64,000 nt of DNA from Nostoc sp. Its GTDB lineage: Bacteria; Cyanobacteriota; Cyanobacteriia; Cyanobacteriales; Nostocaceae. The notes beneath the pieces were generated by a model. It did not search any database and had not been told where the DNA came from. It saw only the letters and a list, made by a program, of their open reading frames with translations. Where the stretch lies: NCBI GenBank assembly GCA_036918135.1, contig JBALDB010000038.1, positions 64,001 to 128,000 on the forward strand, in the 5' to 3' direction. This document shows, in pieces, positions 1 to 12,711 of the stretch; position 1 is the stretch's first letter, and each line of letters starts with the position of its first letter. The position numbers and the translations under genes were made by a program.

Positions 1-715
1 CAGCAACTGATATAGCTTGGTTAACAGTGCTGTCGTTGCCCTTAAGGTTGTTGTTATACTGGGCGAGTACGTTCTCTACATGCTGACGCATAGTTTCTAC
101 GTTGTCAGCCGTGTCCTGGTTATCACGACGTAGATGCTGTGTTTGTTTGAGCTTGTTTTTGACGAAGGAAATAGAACTGAGAGCTTTGAGGATATCATTT
201 GAATTGAGTTGTTTGCGCTGTATAGTACCAGAGCCGATGCGCTGCTGAATCTGAGGTGGTTGACCTGTTAACGGCTGTGGTTGCCGCTGAAGTTGGTTGC
301 TTTTTGACTGATGTGCTATCTTATCTGCTTCTTGCTTAGACTTATCCCCTGGTCGCGCAACAGTCAACTTTGTCTGAATTGGTAGTGCTGTATCTGGTCG
401 ATGAATTGGAATATTCGCAATATTATGACTAGGAGGGGTTTTTTGTCCTGCCCAAAATGCATCCATCTTGGCTTGTAATAGCTGTAGGCGTTCCTGTCCT
501 TCGGGGGTAATCGTGCCATACTTCGCCTGTATCTCTAGTTTAGTTGCCTCCATTTGCTGCTGTTTAAAAGCATGATTTTCTATATCTATTTGTGTATCAG
601 GTGCAACTGATGCTTTTGGGGGTTGGCTAGTGAAGGGTCTATACGATAACTGAGTGTGTGAGTTTGGTGCTAGAGAATTGGAATAGATGGATGAATGAGT
701 TTTTTGCGATTTCAT
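1..715 (-). CDS. Partial gene running off the window start; N-terminus resembles cyanobacterial DUF4157/eCIS-associated proteins
   Basis: Hand translation from ATG 715 is open to position 1: MKSQKTHSS...LEIQAKYGTITPEGQERL...IQTKLTVARPGDKSKQEADKIA...LQRQ...IQRK. Not in the ORF track because it has no stop in the window. Confidence 0.7.
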   Translation of the reverse strand, partial: MKSQKTHSSIYSNSLAPNSHTQLSYRPFTSQPPKASVAPDTQIDIENHAFKQQQMEATKLEIQAKYGTITPEGQERLQLLQAKMDAFWAGQKTPPSHNIANIPIHRPDTALPIQTKLTVARPGDKSKQEADKIAHQSKSNQLQRQPQPLTGQPPQIQQRIGSGTIQRKQLNSNDILKALSSISFVKNKLKQTQHLRRDNQDTADNVETMRQHVENVLAQYNNNLKGNDSTVNQAISVA

Positions 716-1054
716 GTTTGTTTTTACCAGTTCAATATTTGCAAATGCACTTGGTATCTATTACTGATGTTGGGTAATCAGGAATGGAAAATAGGGAATA
801 GATAAGAAAACACAACTGTTCACCTCTTGGCAATTACCTTTTTCCCAATTACCAAAAAGACGAGTTTGATGAATATATTTAAAATAGAAAACACATTGAT
901 GCAGACAAGATATAACTTGACTTCATATATTTATGGGTGTGAGCAAATCAATATTATGCAGTCAGTAAGAAAAATTTTTGATGTTATACTTATACTGTAT
1001 GATCTGCTTTTACCATTACTGCATACGTTCTACAGCAGCCGCAAATTCTTAATA

Positions 1055-1927
1055 TTACAAATACTTCCGCAACAATAACTCCAATTTTTCTTTCGTTGCT
1101 GCTGGTGCTTTATCCAATTGAGTCAAAATCGCATGTTGCAACGCCGAATGCGCCTGACTCGGTGGTGGATTTTCACTCAAGCGCCGCACAGTTTCTTGAA
1201 TCACCCTTTGAGCATTCACCGCATTCCGCAGCAAATTGCTAATCACTATGTCTACCGTCACAGTGTCATGCTCTGCATACCAACAATCGTAATCTGTCAC
1301 CAGCGCTAAAGTTGCATAGGCAATTTCCGCTTCCCTAGCCAATTTTGCCTCTGGTAAATTAGTCATGCCAATGATTGTTGCACCCCAACTGCGGTAAAGA
1401 TTCGATTCTGCTTTAGTGGAAAATGCTGGCCCTTCCATGCATACATAAGTACCGCCGCGATGGAGAGTGACTTCTGGTAAATTCAGAGAAGCGATCGCAT
1501 CTGCCAATACACTAGCTAAGTTCTGGCAAATCGGCTCGCCAAAGGCAATGTGAACCACAATTCCTTCACCGAAAAATGTTGAAATTCGATTTTTTGTTCT
1601 GTCAATAAACTGATCTGGCACTACCATATCTAATGGTTTAGCCTCTGCTTTTAAGGAACCCACAGCACTAGCGGAAATTAAATACTCCACACCTAATTGC
1701 TTCATCGCATAGATATTAGCCCGAAACGGTAACTCAGAAGGTAAAAGCGTGTGATTGCGGCCATGACGCGCCAAAAAAGCTACTCGTGTCTCCTCCAAAG
1801 TCCCTATAATCAAAGCATCAGATGGCGAACCAAAAGGAGTCTCAACTTGCACCTCTTCGACATCTTTGAGTGCATCCATTTTATACAGACCGCTGCCACC
1901 AATAATTCCAATACTAGCTTGAGCCAT
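1055..1927 (-). CDS. mtnP: S-methyl-5'-thioadenosine phosphorylase
   Basis: [43 protein letters not shown] and VTDYDCW motifs. Confidence 0.95.
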   Translation of the reverse strand: MAQASIGIIGGSGLYKMDALKDVEEVQVETPFGSPSDALIIGTLEETRVAFLARHGRNHTLLPSELPFRANIYAMKQLGVEYLISASAVGSLKAEAKPLDMVVPDQFIDRTKNRISTFFGEGIVVHIAFGEPICQNLASVLADAIASLNLPEVTLHRGGTYVCMEGPAFSTKAESNLYRSWGATIIGMTNLPEAKLAREAEIAYATLALVTDYDCWYAEHDTVTVDIVISNLLRNAVNAQRVIQETVRRLSENPPPSQAHSALQHAILTQLDKAPAATKEKLELLLRKYL

Positions 1928-2075
1928 GACACTGAACCTTTCGCTTGCTGAGCTGCTAAGTTATTTTACTAGATGGTCGGTTTAACTAATGTTGAAAGAT
2001 GACGGTTGACCATTAATCAGTAATTCGTAGTTTATGATACAAGCTCCTAGCTTAGCTGCAAAGATTTAAGAATTG

Positions 2076-2197
2076 AGGGACTGATAATAAAAAATATCCC
2101 AAATTTTCTTATGGGATGGGTGTTCTATCCATCCTATATTCAGGGCGGGCAAGATGCCCACCCCACAATAGGGATAATATATTTTCTGGAAGTCCCC
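2076..2197. mobile_element. MITE-like element with an internal REP-like hairpin
   Basis: Imperfect inverted ends GGGACT..AAAAAATATCCC / GGGATAATATATTTT..AGTCCC; internal GGGCGGGCAAGATGCCC resembles 5509-5550. Confidence 0.5.
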
Positions 2198-2228
2198 AAT
2201 TACGAATTATTTTGACTAGTAAGTATGG

Positions 2229-2326
2229 TATAGCAAGCGAATTAAAGGTTAGGACATCTTGAGAGCGTAGATGTTAGGAATAGTAATGTTTTACCTCCTG
2301 CCTCCTGCCTTTTGCCTCCTGCTATA
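2229..2326. mobile_element. Dispersed repeat family A (TATAGC...GCTATA ends), copy 1
   Basis: Shares TTAGGACAT...TAGGAATAGTAAT..TTTTACCTCCTGCC..CCTGCTATA with copies at 5176, 27757 and 51022. Confidence 0.7.
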
Positions 2327-2339
2327 TCAGTAGGACTTA

Positions 2340-4445
2340 CTAGAATACTTTTCGGGCTTCTAGATGGGCAAGGATATCCGAGCGATCGCGCCACACAGGA
2401 CGCAATTTTTTGTTGGCGAACATGTTTAACTGGTCGCCAATGTGGGGCGAGCCGGGTTGAGTTGCATTGCCGTAGGTGGTAAGTGCCATTGCTCGTACAG
2501 GGTTAGAAAATTCGATCGCCGCAACATAGGAATCACCACCCTCGGATTTAAACTTGCCATCTGATTGCGGTGATGAAAAGACGTTTCGGAAGATACCAAG
2601 GGGATTTGGGCCACCATTAGCAGGTAAATCTATATTGGCATAACGTAGCCGAAAAACATCTCCCCAGGCCACATCCATAGCTCCATAGGTCTTTTGTATC
2701 TGTGCTGCTACTGCTTCAAGTGTTGCAACTGCACTTTCTGGCTGAGCTAAACCATCGGGTGTGGTACGTGGGGAGTTTTCATTCCAAGGTTGACTAAATG
2801 TCTTATCTAAGTTCAGCTCGTGAACCCAAAAGGCAAATAATACCGCTCCTCGACTATCTGCATTGGCTTGCCGATCCCAAGTTTCTAGAACACTTGCTGC
2901 TTTTTTTCCTAAATCCTTACCGTACTTGCGCGCAGCAGGAATTAAATCATCCAAAAGGCGATCGGCCATTTCCATCCGCGTCGAGTGCTTGTATGCAATC
3001 ATTTCATCAAAAGAAATTTTGTTATCCTCAGCCAACATTCTCACAGAACGTTGTGAGCGGAAATCCATGAAACGAGGTGCCATATAAGATGGGTAATTAT
3101 CTGCTTTGATCGCAGTTGGAAATGTAGTTGTCCAAGGTGGATCGTTAGTATTTTGCAACCAACCACTCTTAGGATCGACGATGCGTGGTAAATCTTTGTA
3201 TGGATGGATTTTTGTCCATAAAGTTTTAGATGTATCGCCAGGAATGATGCCTTGCCAATATGCAAAATCTCCTTGAGAACGTACTGGAACTTGCCCGTTG
3301 AATAGGTGCATAATATTGCCTTCTCTATCGGCATACATCACCGTAAACATCGATAGTTGCAAGCGCTTGAGTACGGTTTCAAACTGGCTGAGGTTTTTTG
3401 CTCGTGCCATGTCCCACCACTGCTGGAGTACACCTGGTCTATCAAGACCGGCAACTCTTAGTGCTAAGGTTTGACCATCTTTCTCGACTACCACAGGCCC
3501 GTGGACAGAACTTTTGACTACTAATCGTTGTTCTTGCAAAGAGCCATCTTCCTGCTTCACCTTTAACGATAAGGTTTTGACCAGGAATTTCTCAACTTTG
3601 CCATCAAAGCGGTAGCCATTATCTGCGAGTGTGAGTGCATACAAGTCCCAACCATCGTAGGTATTAACGGTGTGAGTCCAGCCTAAGTTATTGTTAAAAG
3701 CGATCGCCAATACGGGAACACCCACAAGTGTTGCTCCATAAGCATCAATTCCCGGTGTAGTGATTTGAGCTTCGTACCACAAAAATAAATCTGACCAAGG
3801 TAGATGGGGATTTGCTAGTAACATCGCGTGCCCACCAGCCGAATGAGTTGGTGCGATCGCCCAACCATTAGAACCTACTGGCGACTTTTGTTTGTTTAAG
3901 TTAGATACTGACTCCGGATCGACTACAAAAGTGAAATTGAGTACCCGATGTAAGTGAGCTATGACATCTTCTCCGTTGACTGGTAGCACTGCCTTAACGC
4001 GATCGTCAATCAACTTCGGATTTTGAGAAGTATAAGCATTGATCCCAGATGCAAAAGCATCTAGATACTTGCGAAAAGTTGGATTCTGTGCCTCGTACCA
4101 ACTACGAGCGCGTTCCGGTACTCCCATAGTTAGTACCCAACGGTCTGAGTCTAAATATTCTTTTCCCCAGTATTCGGCTGCGCGTCCCCGTGCTTGACCG
4201 TAGAGACGCAAAAGCAAATCTCCATGACTTTGCATTTGTGCCCAACCAAAGGCATAAAATGCACTCTGGTCATCTTTTCCGTAAATATGCGGTATACCGT
4301 ATGTATCCCATAATATTTCTGTAGATTTTGTTGGTACAGCTACAGTCTGGCTGCCGATAAACAAAACCAATATTAAACTGAGTATAAAAGGTAAAAAGCG
4401 TAGTGATTTTCTTCTGTAAACCTTGAGTAAAATATCAATCCTCAT
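2340..4445 (-). CDS. Secreted penicillin acylase family (peptidase S45, Ntn hydrolase), AHL-acylase/glutaryl-7-ACA acylase-like
   Basis: WDTYGIPHI, beta-subunit start [16 protein letters not shown], hydrophobic signal region. Start moved to ATG 4445 because the upstream extension is STRR-derived. Confidence 0.85.
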   Translation of the reverse strand: MRIDILLKVYRRKSLRFLPFILSLILVLFIGSQTVAVPTKSTEILWDTYGIPHIYGKDDQSAFYAFGWAQMQSHGDLLLRLYGQARGRAAEYWGKEYLDSDRWVLTMGVPERARSWYEAQNPTFRKYLDAFASGINAYTSQNPKLIDDRVKAVLPVNGEDVIAHLHRVLNFTFVVDPESVSNLNKQKSPVGSNGWAIAPTHSAGGHAMLLANPHLPWSDLFLWYEAQITTPGIDAYGATLVGVPVLAIAFNNNLGWTHTVNTYDGWDLYALTLADNGYRFDGKVEKFLVKTLSLKVKQEDGSLQEQRLVVKSSVHGPVVVEKDGQTLALRVAGLDRPGVLQQWWDMARAKNLSQFETVLKRLQLSMFTVMYADREGNIMHLFNGQVPVRSQGDFAYWQGIIPGDTSKTLWTKIHPYKDLPRIVDPKSGWLQNTNDPPWTTTFPTAIKADNYPSYMAPRFMDFRSQRSVRMLAEDNKISFDEMIAYKHSTRMEMADRLLDDLIPAARKYGKDLGKKAASVLETWDRQANADSRGAVLFAFWVHELNLDKTFSQPWNENSPRTTPDGLAQPESAVATLEAVAAQIQKTYGAMDVAWGDVFRLRYANIDLPANGGPNPLGIFRNVFSSPQSDGKFKSEGGDSYVAAIEFSNPVRAMALTTYGNATQPGSPHIGDQLNMFANKKLRPVWRDRSDILAHLEARKVF

Positions 4446-4877
4446 TAACACCACCGTAGATATAACGTCTATGTGAGGGATTGGGTGTGGGGCATCGGGC
4501 ATTCTGAGGCTGGGGAGATGGGGTGGTCGGATGAAATTCTCTCCCCCATCTGTCCATCTCCCCATTGCCCCATCTCCCCATTCCTTACTACTTTTTTCAA
4601 GTTAGATTCAGGTCGATCTAAACAATACCAGTTTGTTGAGAAAATATATCAAAACTTTTTGAGTATTTTATTCCTTTAAAAAATAGTAAAATAGTTGTAT
4701 CATAATATGATATATACATTATAATCAATAAAAATTATCAATTAATGATTATAAAGTTACTAAATATTGAGAAGTAGAAATTTTTAATCTTTATCATTTA
4801 TTTGAAGCACAATCCCCTCTAGGGATATACAGCTAGCTATGCATAGGTGTTAAGTTCTTATAATGTTCGACAAATCA

Positions 4878-5037
4878 TATCAAGTTCGGCTAATTACTTA
4901 CAATATGTTGGTGTTGCTGGTAATTGGTAATAGGTCATTGGAAATTGGGGAAGAGGGAAGAGTTAAACTGTATTTTTATTCCCCATTACCCATTACCAAC
5001 CCTCACAGATATCATAAGTATTCAACCGGACATGATA
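4878..5037. mobile_element. MITE-like element (family C)
   Basis: Imperfect terminal inverted repeats TATCAAGTTCGGCTAATTACTTA / TAAGTATTCAACCGGACATGATA; isolated right ends also near 10806-10821 and 27431-27447. Confidence 0.6.
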
Positions 5038-5175
5038 TCACTCGTAATATCTCCGAAGCGAGTGAAACGACGCAATCACAAAATTTTCACGATTGCTTTG
5101 CTACGGTTGCAATGACGGTTATTTGAGCATATTCATTGCATAATCTACTTGTGAGATTCGTTTAGAGCTGACTGT

Positions 5176-5260
5176 TATAGCCGTAGTCACACCCTTTAGG
5201 ACATAATGAGAAGCGTGAATTTTAGGAACAGTATAGTTTTACCTCCTGCCTCCTGCTATA
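5176..5260. mobile_element. Dispersed repeat family A, copy 2
   Basis: TATAGCCGTAGTCAC...TTAGGACATAAT...CCTCCTGCTATA. Confidence 0.75.
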
Positions 5261-5610
5261 ACAGTCAACTGTCATCGGTCAATAGCCAACAAAAAATATA
5301 TGCTTTCTTAAATATGTAACAGCTTTTCTTATAGGATTGGTTTTGGCAGTTTCTAGAGCGTTAATGCAAAGCTTCAAAGATTTTGAGTATTTAGTTGGGT
5401 ACAGCAGTAGCAGTGGTTGTAGCGACTTTTGTGTTTGCTAGCGCATCGATAGAATGTTCATACAATTGTAGTATCTTTGGGAACAGGAGCCACGACAATA
5501 TTGAGTTGGACATCTTGTCCGCCCTTGGTTATGGGCGGGTGAGACGCCCCGAAGTTCAGAACTTAGGAATCTAAATGGCAATTCGCAAATTAACCTCTAC
5601 ATATGCATCG

Positions 5611-5829
5611 CTACTCTTGGCTAAAGTCGCTCAATTCATCAATTGGTTGATCGAGTGTTTCGGGTACTAAAGCTGGGTTATTTCTGCGTTCTTGTGGTGA
5701 TTGCTCGCGAATCGCATCGTCTATTGAAGGAGGGTGTTTAATTTTGTCAAGTACCTCCGGACTTAATTCTGATGCATCGCTTTCTGGATTCATTTTTTCA
5801 GCTTGACTAGGAACTGTTTCCTTATTCAT
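5611..5829 (-). CDS. Small acidic hypothetical protein (72 aa)
   Basis: ATG at 5829, protein-like composition MNKETVPSQAEK...DELSDFSQE. Confidence 0.6.
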   Translation of the reverse strand: MNKETVPSQAEKMNPESDASELSPEVLDKIKHPPSIDDAIREQSPQERRNNPALVPETLDQPIDELSDFSQE

Positions 5830-5979
5830 AATTATTTTTCCAAACTTACACTTCAAGCTTAAATTCTTTAGCTGCAAGGCATACACTACCTTGAGGCTTA
5901 AATTGCTGTTTCTACACAGCGTAAGGTAAATGAGATTGATGATTTTACAAATTGCGATCGCCAGTTATCGGCGTGGTAG

Positions 5980-6104
5980 CAATACAGTTCGGATAAGCAT
6001 TTTGAACTCAGAATTTGGTTTGGGGAAAAGGTTACTGGGTTTGGGTTAAAGGTTTTTTCTTCCCCCTTCCCCTTTCCCCTTTTCCCTTTAACCGAACCGT
6101 ATTG
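5980..6104. mobile_element. MITE with terminal inverted repeats and a perfect 10-bp target-site duplication
   Basis: Ends CAATACAGTTCGGATAA / TTAACCGAACCGTATTG; GGCGTGGTAG at 5970-5979 and 6105-6114. Confidence 0.85.
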
Positions 6105-6440
6105 GGCGTGGTAGCAGGATAGATGCTTATAAGCATTTTTCCTAACCGCGATCCATTTAACTATTTTTTCTCTTAATTTACATAAATTTAATTTAAATTC
6201 AGTAAATTTACTTAAATAATTTTGAAATTTACTTCTTTCTGCTTCCTACTCTTTATCTTTCCTGAGTAAATTATTATGCATTTTTTACACTGAATACTTG
6301 AGTCAGCTATCCAGCAGGAAAAGGCAATACATGCTAGAATTATATCAGAATATGGCAATTATTCAAGAGCAATTTAGAATAATTTGGTGCTGTGTTGATT
6401 AAAAAAGCTAAAATCTACGATTTTTGGAGATTTTTAGGTT

Positions 6441-9029
6441 ATGACAACCTCACAGGAGAGGATTATCCCGACAGACTTGCGAAACGAAATGTCGCAGTCT
6501 TATCTGGAATACGCCATGAGCGTGATAGTGGGTCGGGCGCTGCCAGATGCGAGGGATGGTCTAAAACCTGTGCATCGTCGCATTCTTTATGCAATGCACG
6601 AGCTAGGTTTGCTGCACGATCGCCCGTTTAAGAAATGTGCCCGTGTGGTAGGGGAAGTGTTGGGTAAATATCACCCCCACGGCGACACGGCTGTGTATGA
6701 TGCCTTGGTGCGGATGGCGCAGGATTTTTCCATGCGATCGCCTTTAGTTGACGGACATGGTAACTTCGGTTCGGTGGACAACGATCCCCCGGCGGCAATG
6801 CGGTATACAGAATGCCGTTTGAAAGCTTTAACTAGTGCTGGTCTACTGCACGACATCGAATCGGAAACCGTAGACTTCGCCGATAACTTCGACGGTTCCC
6901 AGCAAGAACCAACAGTGCTACCAGCCAGGATTCCCCAATTGCTGCTCAATGGTTCCTCTGGAATTGCTGTGGGCATGGCAACCAACATTCCACCCCACAA
7001 CTTGGGCGAATTAATTGACGGCTTGGTGGCACTGATTCACAATCCAGAAATCACCGATATAGAATTAATGCAGTATGTCCACGGCCCCGACTTTCCTACC
7101 GGGGCACAAGTTTTAGGGACAGCTGCAATTCGGGAAGCTTACACCACCGGACGTGGTTCCATTACCATGCGCGGCGTAGCGAGTATTGAAACCATCGAAC
7201 AGCGGGGACGCCCAGATCGAGAAGCAATTATCATCACCGAATTGCCCTATCAAACCAACAAAGCGGCGCTGATTGAAAAAATCGCCGAAATGGTGAACGA
7301 AAAGCGGCTAGAGGGCATCGCAGATATCCGAGATGAAAGCGATCGCGACGGAATGCGGGTTGTGATTGAACTCAAGCGTGATGCTTATCCCCGCGTTGTT
7401 CTAAACAATCTCTACAAACAAACGCCACTGCAAGCCAACTTCGGTGCAAACATGCTGGCGTTGGTGAATAGCGAACCCCTAGTACTCACCCTCAAGCAGT
7501 TCTTAAGCGTCTTCTTGGATTTCCGCATTGAATCCATTGTCAGACGCACTCGTTACGAACTGCGAAAAGCCGAGGAACGCGACCACATTTTACAAGGGTT
7601 ATTGATTGCCCTGTCCCACTTAGATGCAATTATTAATTTGATTCGGCATGCACCAGATGCACCCACAGCCAAAGGCGAATTAATTACAACTTACGGACTT
7701 TCGGAAGTGCAAGCAGATGCTATTTTGCAGATGCAATTACGGCGGTTGACTGCCTTGGAAGCAGACAAAATCCGTCTGGAACACGAAGAATTACAAGCCA
7801 AGATTGCCGACTTGCAAGATATTTTGGCACGACGGGAGAGGGTGCTGGAAATCATTGAAACCGAAGTCACCCAACTAAAAACTAGCTTCGCCACGCCCCG
7901 GCGGACGGTAATTTTACCAGGGGAAGGTGAGATAGATGAACGTGACTTAATTGCCAACGATAAAGCTGTAATTTTACTGACGGAGCAAGGCTACATTAAA
8001 CGGATGCCCGTCAACACCTTTGAAGCCCAAAGTCGTGCTACCAGAGGTAAAGCCGCAGCCAAAGTCAAAGATGATGACACCGTTGAGCATTTCTTAACTT
8101 GCTGCGACCACGATAGTGTTTTATTCTTTAGCGAACGTGGTGTAGTTTACTGCCTGAAAGCGTATCAAATTCCTGTGGGTTCTCGTACCAGTCGCGGTAC
8201 ACCCATCGTCCAAATGCTACCGATTCCCAAAGAAGAAAAAATCACTTCCATCGTCCCCGTTGACGAATTTAGCAACGAAGAATATTTGGTGATGCTTACC
8301 AAAGGCGGTAATATTAAGAAAACCGAATTGGCAGCCTTTAACCACATTCGCGCCAATGGCTTGATTGCCATTTCTTTAGAAGAAGGCGACCAACTCCGCT
8401 GGGTACGACGCGCCAGAGTAGAAGACAGCGTGATTATTGGTTCTCGTCAAGGAATGGCGATTCACTTTAGGTGCAACCACGAACAACTGCGTCCGTTAAG
8501 TCGGGCGACTCGTGGGGTGAAAGCCATGAAGTTGAAAAGTAAAGACGAATTGGTGGGTATGGATATTTTGCCTGCGGCAATTCTCGATACTTTGGATACA
8601 GTTACAGAAGCGGAAATCGAAGAAATCGAAACAGAAGAGATTGAAATTACTGAAGAGTCCGCAGAAGTACCTGGCAACGGCAGTGTCGGCCCTTGGGTAT
8701 TAGTAATAACAATGGGAGGATACGGTAAGCGCGTACCAGTCGCTCAATTCCGCCTGCAAAACCGTGCCGGTCAAGGTTTAATGGCAACCAAATTCAAAAA
8801 CCGTAAAACCAAAGACCAATTAGCAACCCTACGCATTGTCAACAACGATGATGATGAAATTATGATGGTCACCAATCGCGGTATTATTATCCGTCAAGCG
8901 GTGAATGCGATTTCCGTACAATCGCGATCGGCAACTGGGGTAAGAGTGCAGCGTTTAGATGAAGACGATGCTATTACCGGAGTGGCAGTAGTTCCACCTG
9001 ATAGTGGCGATGCGGAAGAAGCAGAGTAA
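6441..9029 (+). CDS. gyrA: DNA gyrase subunit A
   Basis: [24 protein letters not shown], catalytic AAMRYTE, GyrA-box-like QSRATRG, C-terminal pinwheel repeats. Confidence 0.97.
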   Translation: MTTSQERIIPTDLRNEMSQSYLEYAMSVIVGRALPDARDGLKPVHRRILYAMHELGLLHDRPFKKCARVVGEVLGKYHPHGDTAVYDALVRMAQDFSMRSPLVDGHGNFGSVDNDPPAAMRYTECRLKALTSAGLLHDIESETVDFADNFDGSQQEPTVLPARIPQLLLNGSSGIAVGMATNIPPHNLGELIDGLVALIHNPEITDIELMQYVHGPDFPTGAQVLGTAAIREAYTTGRGSITMRGVASIETIEQRGRPDREAIIITELPYQTNKAALIEKIAEMVNEKRLEGIADIRDESDRDGMRVVIELKRDAYPRVVLNNLYKQTPLQANFGANMLALVNSEPLVLTLKQFLSVFLDFRIESIVRRTRYELRKAEERDHILQGLLIALSHLDAIINLIRHAPDAPTAKGELITTYGLSEVQADAILQMQLRRLTALEADKIRLEHEELQAKIADLQDILARRERVLEIIETEVTQLKTSFATPRRTVILPGEGEIDERDLIANDKAVILLTEQGYIKRMPVNTFEAQSRATRGKAAAKVKDDDTVEHFLTCCDHDSVLFFSERGVVYCLKAYQIPVGSRTSRGTPIVQMLPIPKEEKITSIVPVDEFSNEEYLVMLTKGGNIKKTELAAFNHIRANGLIAISLEEGDQLRWVRRARVEDSVIIGSRQGMAIHFRCNHEQLRPLSRATRGVKAMKLKSKDELVGMDILPAAILDTLDTVTEAEIEEIETEEIEITEESAEVPGNGSVGPWVLVITMGGYGKRVPVAQFRLQNRAGQGLMATKFKNRKTKDQLATLRIVNNDDDEIMMVTNRGIIIRQAVNAISVQSRSATGVRVQRLDEDDAITGVAVVPPDSGDAEEAE

Positions 9030-10611
9030 ACAACAGAGGGAGGGGTTAACTTCCTTACTCCCTCACTTAATTGCTTTAGCTAGCGGCATTTTAATGGGGT
9101 TAACCGTCGCCCCTGTCGGCGCATGGTTCCTAGCTTGGATTGCCCTAGCTCCCCTCTGGGTGTTGGTTATTACTTCCTCCAAATCCAAAAACCAATCCCC
9201 CTATCTCCCCATCCCCCCCTCCTTCCTCTGGGGTATCGCTTATCACGGTATCGCCCTCTCCTGGATTACGGGAATTCATCCCATGACTTGGTTAGGCGTT
9301 CCTTGGTTGCCGAGTTTAGCAATCACGCTTTTTTGTTGGGGATTCATCAGTGTCTTGGGAGGAATATTCCTGACTATTTGGGCGGCTGTAATGGTTCGTC
9401 TAAGTGGGCAAAAATCCTGGCTACGTATACTGATTGGTACAGCGGTGTGGTGCGGTTTAGAAAGTCTATGGAGTGCTGGGCCTCTGTGGTGGACTTCTCT
9501 TGCTTACACTCAAAGCCCGCATAATCTCGTGATTGTACACCTCGGTCAACTTTCTGGGCCTAATACTGTGACAGCGGCAATAGTTGCCGTGAATGGCTTG
9601 ATTGCTGAAGGATGGATAAACCGTAGAAGTGCAGCGGACACAGAGGTAATTCCTTCTGTGTCTGTGAGGTTATTTAATAAATACTTAGCTACTGCCACCG
9701 GACTATTAATTACTTTACACCTGATAGGTTTTATCTTATACAGCCGTCCCATCGCCCAACCACCAGAAGCAGCGTTAAAAGTGGGGATTGTGCAAGGTAA
9801 TATTCCTAACCGACTTTTGCGGAGTTCCGAAGGGTTTCGTCGTGCCGAAGAAAACTACACCACTGGATATATAACTTTAGCAAATCAAGGTGTAGATGCA
9901 GTTCTGACCGCAGAAGGAGCCTTACCTATTTTCCAGCGTGACTTGATGGCAACTGCCTTAGTTGCAGCAGTGAAAGAAAAAGGAGTAGTTGCTTGGATTG
10001 GGGCTTTTGGCGAACGGGGACGCAGCTATACAATTAGCTTATTTACTTTTGATAGTAAAGGTGAAATAGTCAGCCGCTACGACAAAGCGAAATTAGTACC
10101 TTTAGGAGAATATATTCCTTTTGAAAAAATTTTAGGTGGAATAATTCAGCGGTTATCGCCTCTGGATGCCCATCAAGTTGCTGGTTCAGCCAATCAGGTA
10201 TTTGACACTCCTTTTGGGAGAGCGATCGCTAGTATATGTTATGAATCTGCTTTTGCTGAACAATTTCGCTATCAAGCTGCGGCAGGTGGGCAATTTATCC
10301 TCAGTTCTTCTAACGATGCCCATTACACTCAGTGGATGCCACTCCAGCATCACGCACAGGATATCATGCGGGCAATCGAAACTGATAGATGGTCAGCACG
10401 GGCAACTAATACCGGATATTCTGCTTTTATAGATCCTCACGGGCGGACTTTGTGGATATCTGGATATAACACTTATGAAACTCATGCCCAAACAATTTAT
10501 CGCCGACAAACAAAGACTTTATATGTGCGTTGGGGTGATTGGTTAACACCGTTGTTGTTAATATCCTCTGGAGGATTTTGGCTGTTTGAAAAAGTAAAAA
10601 CTGAAAGGTAA
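9010..10611 (+). CDS. lnt: Apolipoprotein N-acyltransferase
   Basis: N-terminal TM helices, [29 protein letters not shown]; overlaps the gyrA end. Confidence 0.92.
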   Translation: MRKKQSKQQREGLTSLLPHLIALASGILMGLTVAPVGAWFLAWIALAPLWVLVITSSKSKNQSPYLPIPPSFLWGIAYHGIALSWITGIHPMTWLGVPWLPSLAITLFCWGFISVLGGIFLTIWAAVMVRLSGQKSWLRILIGTAVWCGLESLWSAGPLWWTSLAYTQSPHNLVIVHLGQLSGPNTVTAAIVAVNGLIAEGWINRRSAADTEVIPSVSVRLFNKYLATATGLLITLHLIGFILYSRPIAQPPEAALKVGIVQGNIPNRLLRSSEGFRRAEENYTTGYITLANQGVDAVLTAEGALPIFQRDLMATALVAAVKEKGVVAWIGAFGERGRSYTISLFTFDSKGEIVSRYDKAKLVPLGEYIPFEKILGGIIQRLSPLDAHQVAGSANQVFDTPFGRAIASICYESAFAEQFRYQAAAGGQFILSSSNDAHYTQWMPLQHHAQDIMRAIETDRWSARATNTGYSAFIDPHGRTLWISGYNTYETHAQTIYRRQTKTLYVRWGDWLTPLLLISSGGFWLFEKVKTER

Positions 10612-10832
10612 GAGTAAAAGGTGAAAACTGAAAATAGTACTACACGTAAATTAATACGAATTATTCTGACATTTGCTATTCAATAACCGATTCTCTTACC
10701 TGTTCTAAATTATGCAGAGTGTTTAACGACAGAAAACCAAACCCAACTTTTGAAGCAATCACAAGGTTTCTGCGATTGCTTCACTCCGTTCGCAATGACA
10801 ACTGTTTAACCAGACGTGATATCATCTTAACT

Positions 10833-10959
10833 TGCAGTAGTTTGCAAGTAAATAAGGTACAAAACGTAAAACTCACGTATTAAATATAAAGAGTTTTTAT
10901 CTTCTACCTTCTACCTCAAAACCGTAACTTTGTACCTTATGTAAAAGAAAAGTGCTGTA
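10833..10959. mobile_element. MITE-like element (family B)
   Basis: Inverted ends CAGTAGTTTGC..TAAGGTACAAA / TTTGTACCTTA..GTGCTGTA; related copy at 45872-46075. Confidence 0.6.
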
Positions 10960-12471
10960 TTAAATATCTGTAATAAATCTTGCCTTTCTCAAAAGAAACT
11001 GTAACACTGTTTCTTGAGAAGAAATAATATCTGCTCTACCTTCCATGCCAGATTGAATTGCACAGTGGCGATCGCCAACTCTTAATACTAGCTTTTCTGG
11101 CTGAATAGTTACTTCGTAATTAGCGGCATTTTTATCCTGATTTTGAGATGCTATTGCATCTGGAGAAATGGCACTGACTTTACCTTTCAAAGTTCCATAT
11201 TCAGTGTAGGAACAACCAGAAACCCGCAGTTGTACTTGTTGACCTGTTTCTACTTTGCGGATATCTTGAGATTGCACTAATGCCTTAATTATTAAAGGTG
11301 AATCGTTAGGAGAAATTTGAGCAACAATATCCCCAGAACGCAACACTTGAGAAGAATTACGCAAATTTAATTCCTGAATAATACCAGATGCCGAGGCACG
11401 AATCACTGTATCTGCAATCTCTCGAAGAATTTGTTGTAGTTCTTGTTCATCCCGGCTAAATTGCTTTTGAATTTCTACTTTTTGTTGTAATAATTGCTCT
11501 CGTTCTTGATTTAATTTTCCTAAACTAACTTTACCTGTAGCGCTTTCAGCAGCAATTTTCTCCTGAGAAATTGCTACATCAGCATCACTAGGATTGAGAT
11601 TAACAAATACCGCTTGTAGTTTAGCTGTGGCTGCTTCTACTGCTTGTTGTTGTTGTTGAATTGCTTGTTGTTGTTCTTCTACACTAGCTTTTTGAGATTC
11701 TAAAAGTTGTTCTTGTTGTTCAACAGCTAGCTGTACTTCTTGGAATTGATCCTGAGAAATCGAGCCGGTTTGGAGTAAAGGTTGATATCTGTCTCGCTTG
11801 GCTTTTGCTGCCCTTAGGGAAGCATCGCTAGATTTTAAATTTGCTATTGCTGATTTTAACTGTGTTTGAGTTTTTTGTAATTCCTTGTGAGCTTGGCTTA
11901 AATTTGCTTTAGCTTCCCTGACTTCGGCAATTGAAGTGGTTCGCCTGTCTTGGATATCGCGTTGACTGCGATTGAGTTCAGCTTTAGCTGAAGCGATAAC
12001 TCGGTTGGTGCGATCGCTTTCTGCTACTATTTGCCCATCTAACGCTAAAATTTGAGCATCAATTTGAGATAGTTGCAGTTTAGCTTGCCGAATATTCGTT
12101 TCCAATTGGCTTTTTTGAGTCTGAAGACGATTATCGTCAATCAGGGCAATAATATCTCCTTTTTTCACAGGCTGATTTACCTGTACAGCAATGCTTTTAA
12201 TCGTTCCTTCTGTTGCTGCTTGTACTAAACGCAGTTCTCCAGCAGGGCGAACAGTCGCCGGGACTTTGACTGTAATTTTATATTTAAGAACGCTTGCCAA
12301 AATCAGACTAGCAGCAAAGATAGTTAAGAGAACTATGCCGCCGACAGTTGTCCAATTACTAATAGGCGGTAAGAATTCATTAGGATTAGCTGGGCGCAGA
12401 GAGTCTGGATTAGTTACCTTCTCTGCGTTAGGGTAAGAAATACCAGGTGAAGGTAAGTTTGCATCAGCCAT
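10960..12471 (-). CDS. HlyD family type I secretion adaptor in the microviridin cluster
   Basis: Single N-terminal TM, VRPAGE, long Q-rich coiled coil, YGTLKGKVSAISPD, GMEGRADII. Confidence 0.9.
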   Translation of the reverse strand: MADANLPSPGISYPNAEKVTNPDSLRPANPNEFLPPISNWTTVGGIVLLTIFAASLILASVLKYKITVKVPATVRPAGELRLVQAATEGTIKSIAVQVNQPVKKGDIIALIDDNRLQTQKSQLETNIRQAKLQLSQIDAQILALDGQIVAESDRTNRVIASAKAELNRSQRDIQDRRTTSIAEVREAKANLSQAHKELQKTQTQLKSAIANLKSSDASLRAAKAKRDRYQPLLQTGSISQDQFQEVQLAVEQQEQLLESQKASVEEQQQAIQQQQQAVEAATAKLQAVFVNLNPSDADVAISQEKIAAESATGKVSLGKLNQEREQLLQQKVEIQKQFSRDEQELQQILREIADTVIRASASGIIQELNLRNSSQVLRSGDIVAQISPNDSPLIIKALVQSQDIRKVETGQQVQLRVSGCSYTEYGTLKGKVSAISPDAIASQNQDKNAANYEVTIQPEKLVLRVGDRHCAIQSGMEGRADIISSQETVLQFLLRKARFITDI

Positions 12472-12711
12472 TTTTGAATTCAATTCTTCAACTGTAATTA
12501 TTTTGACACATAGCTGTTCTTACATGGGTAAGTACAGAAAAAATAATTAACCACAGATGAACTATAGATACTTGTAGGGTAACACAAGTGTGCTACCCTA
12601 CTGCTATACCTCATTCAAATGAGAATCCCTATAAAAGTAAATTTTTTATACTTGGTAAATAGCAAAAAATAGACTTCTGGCAAAAGTACCTAATGACTAA
12701 AGTCGTAGTAC

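Noticed and set aside
4446..4565. N-terminal extension of the acylase
   Set aside because: Encoded by CCCCAT-type repeats upstream of the signal peptide
4863..5126. Short ORFs of 63 and 87 aa
   Set aside because: They coincide with a MITE and a REP-like repeat
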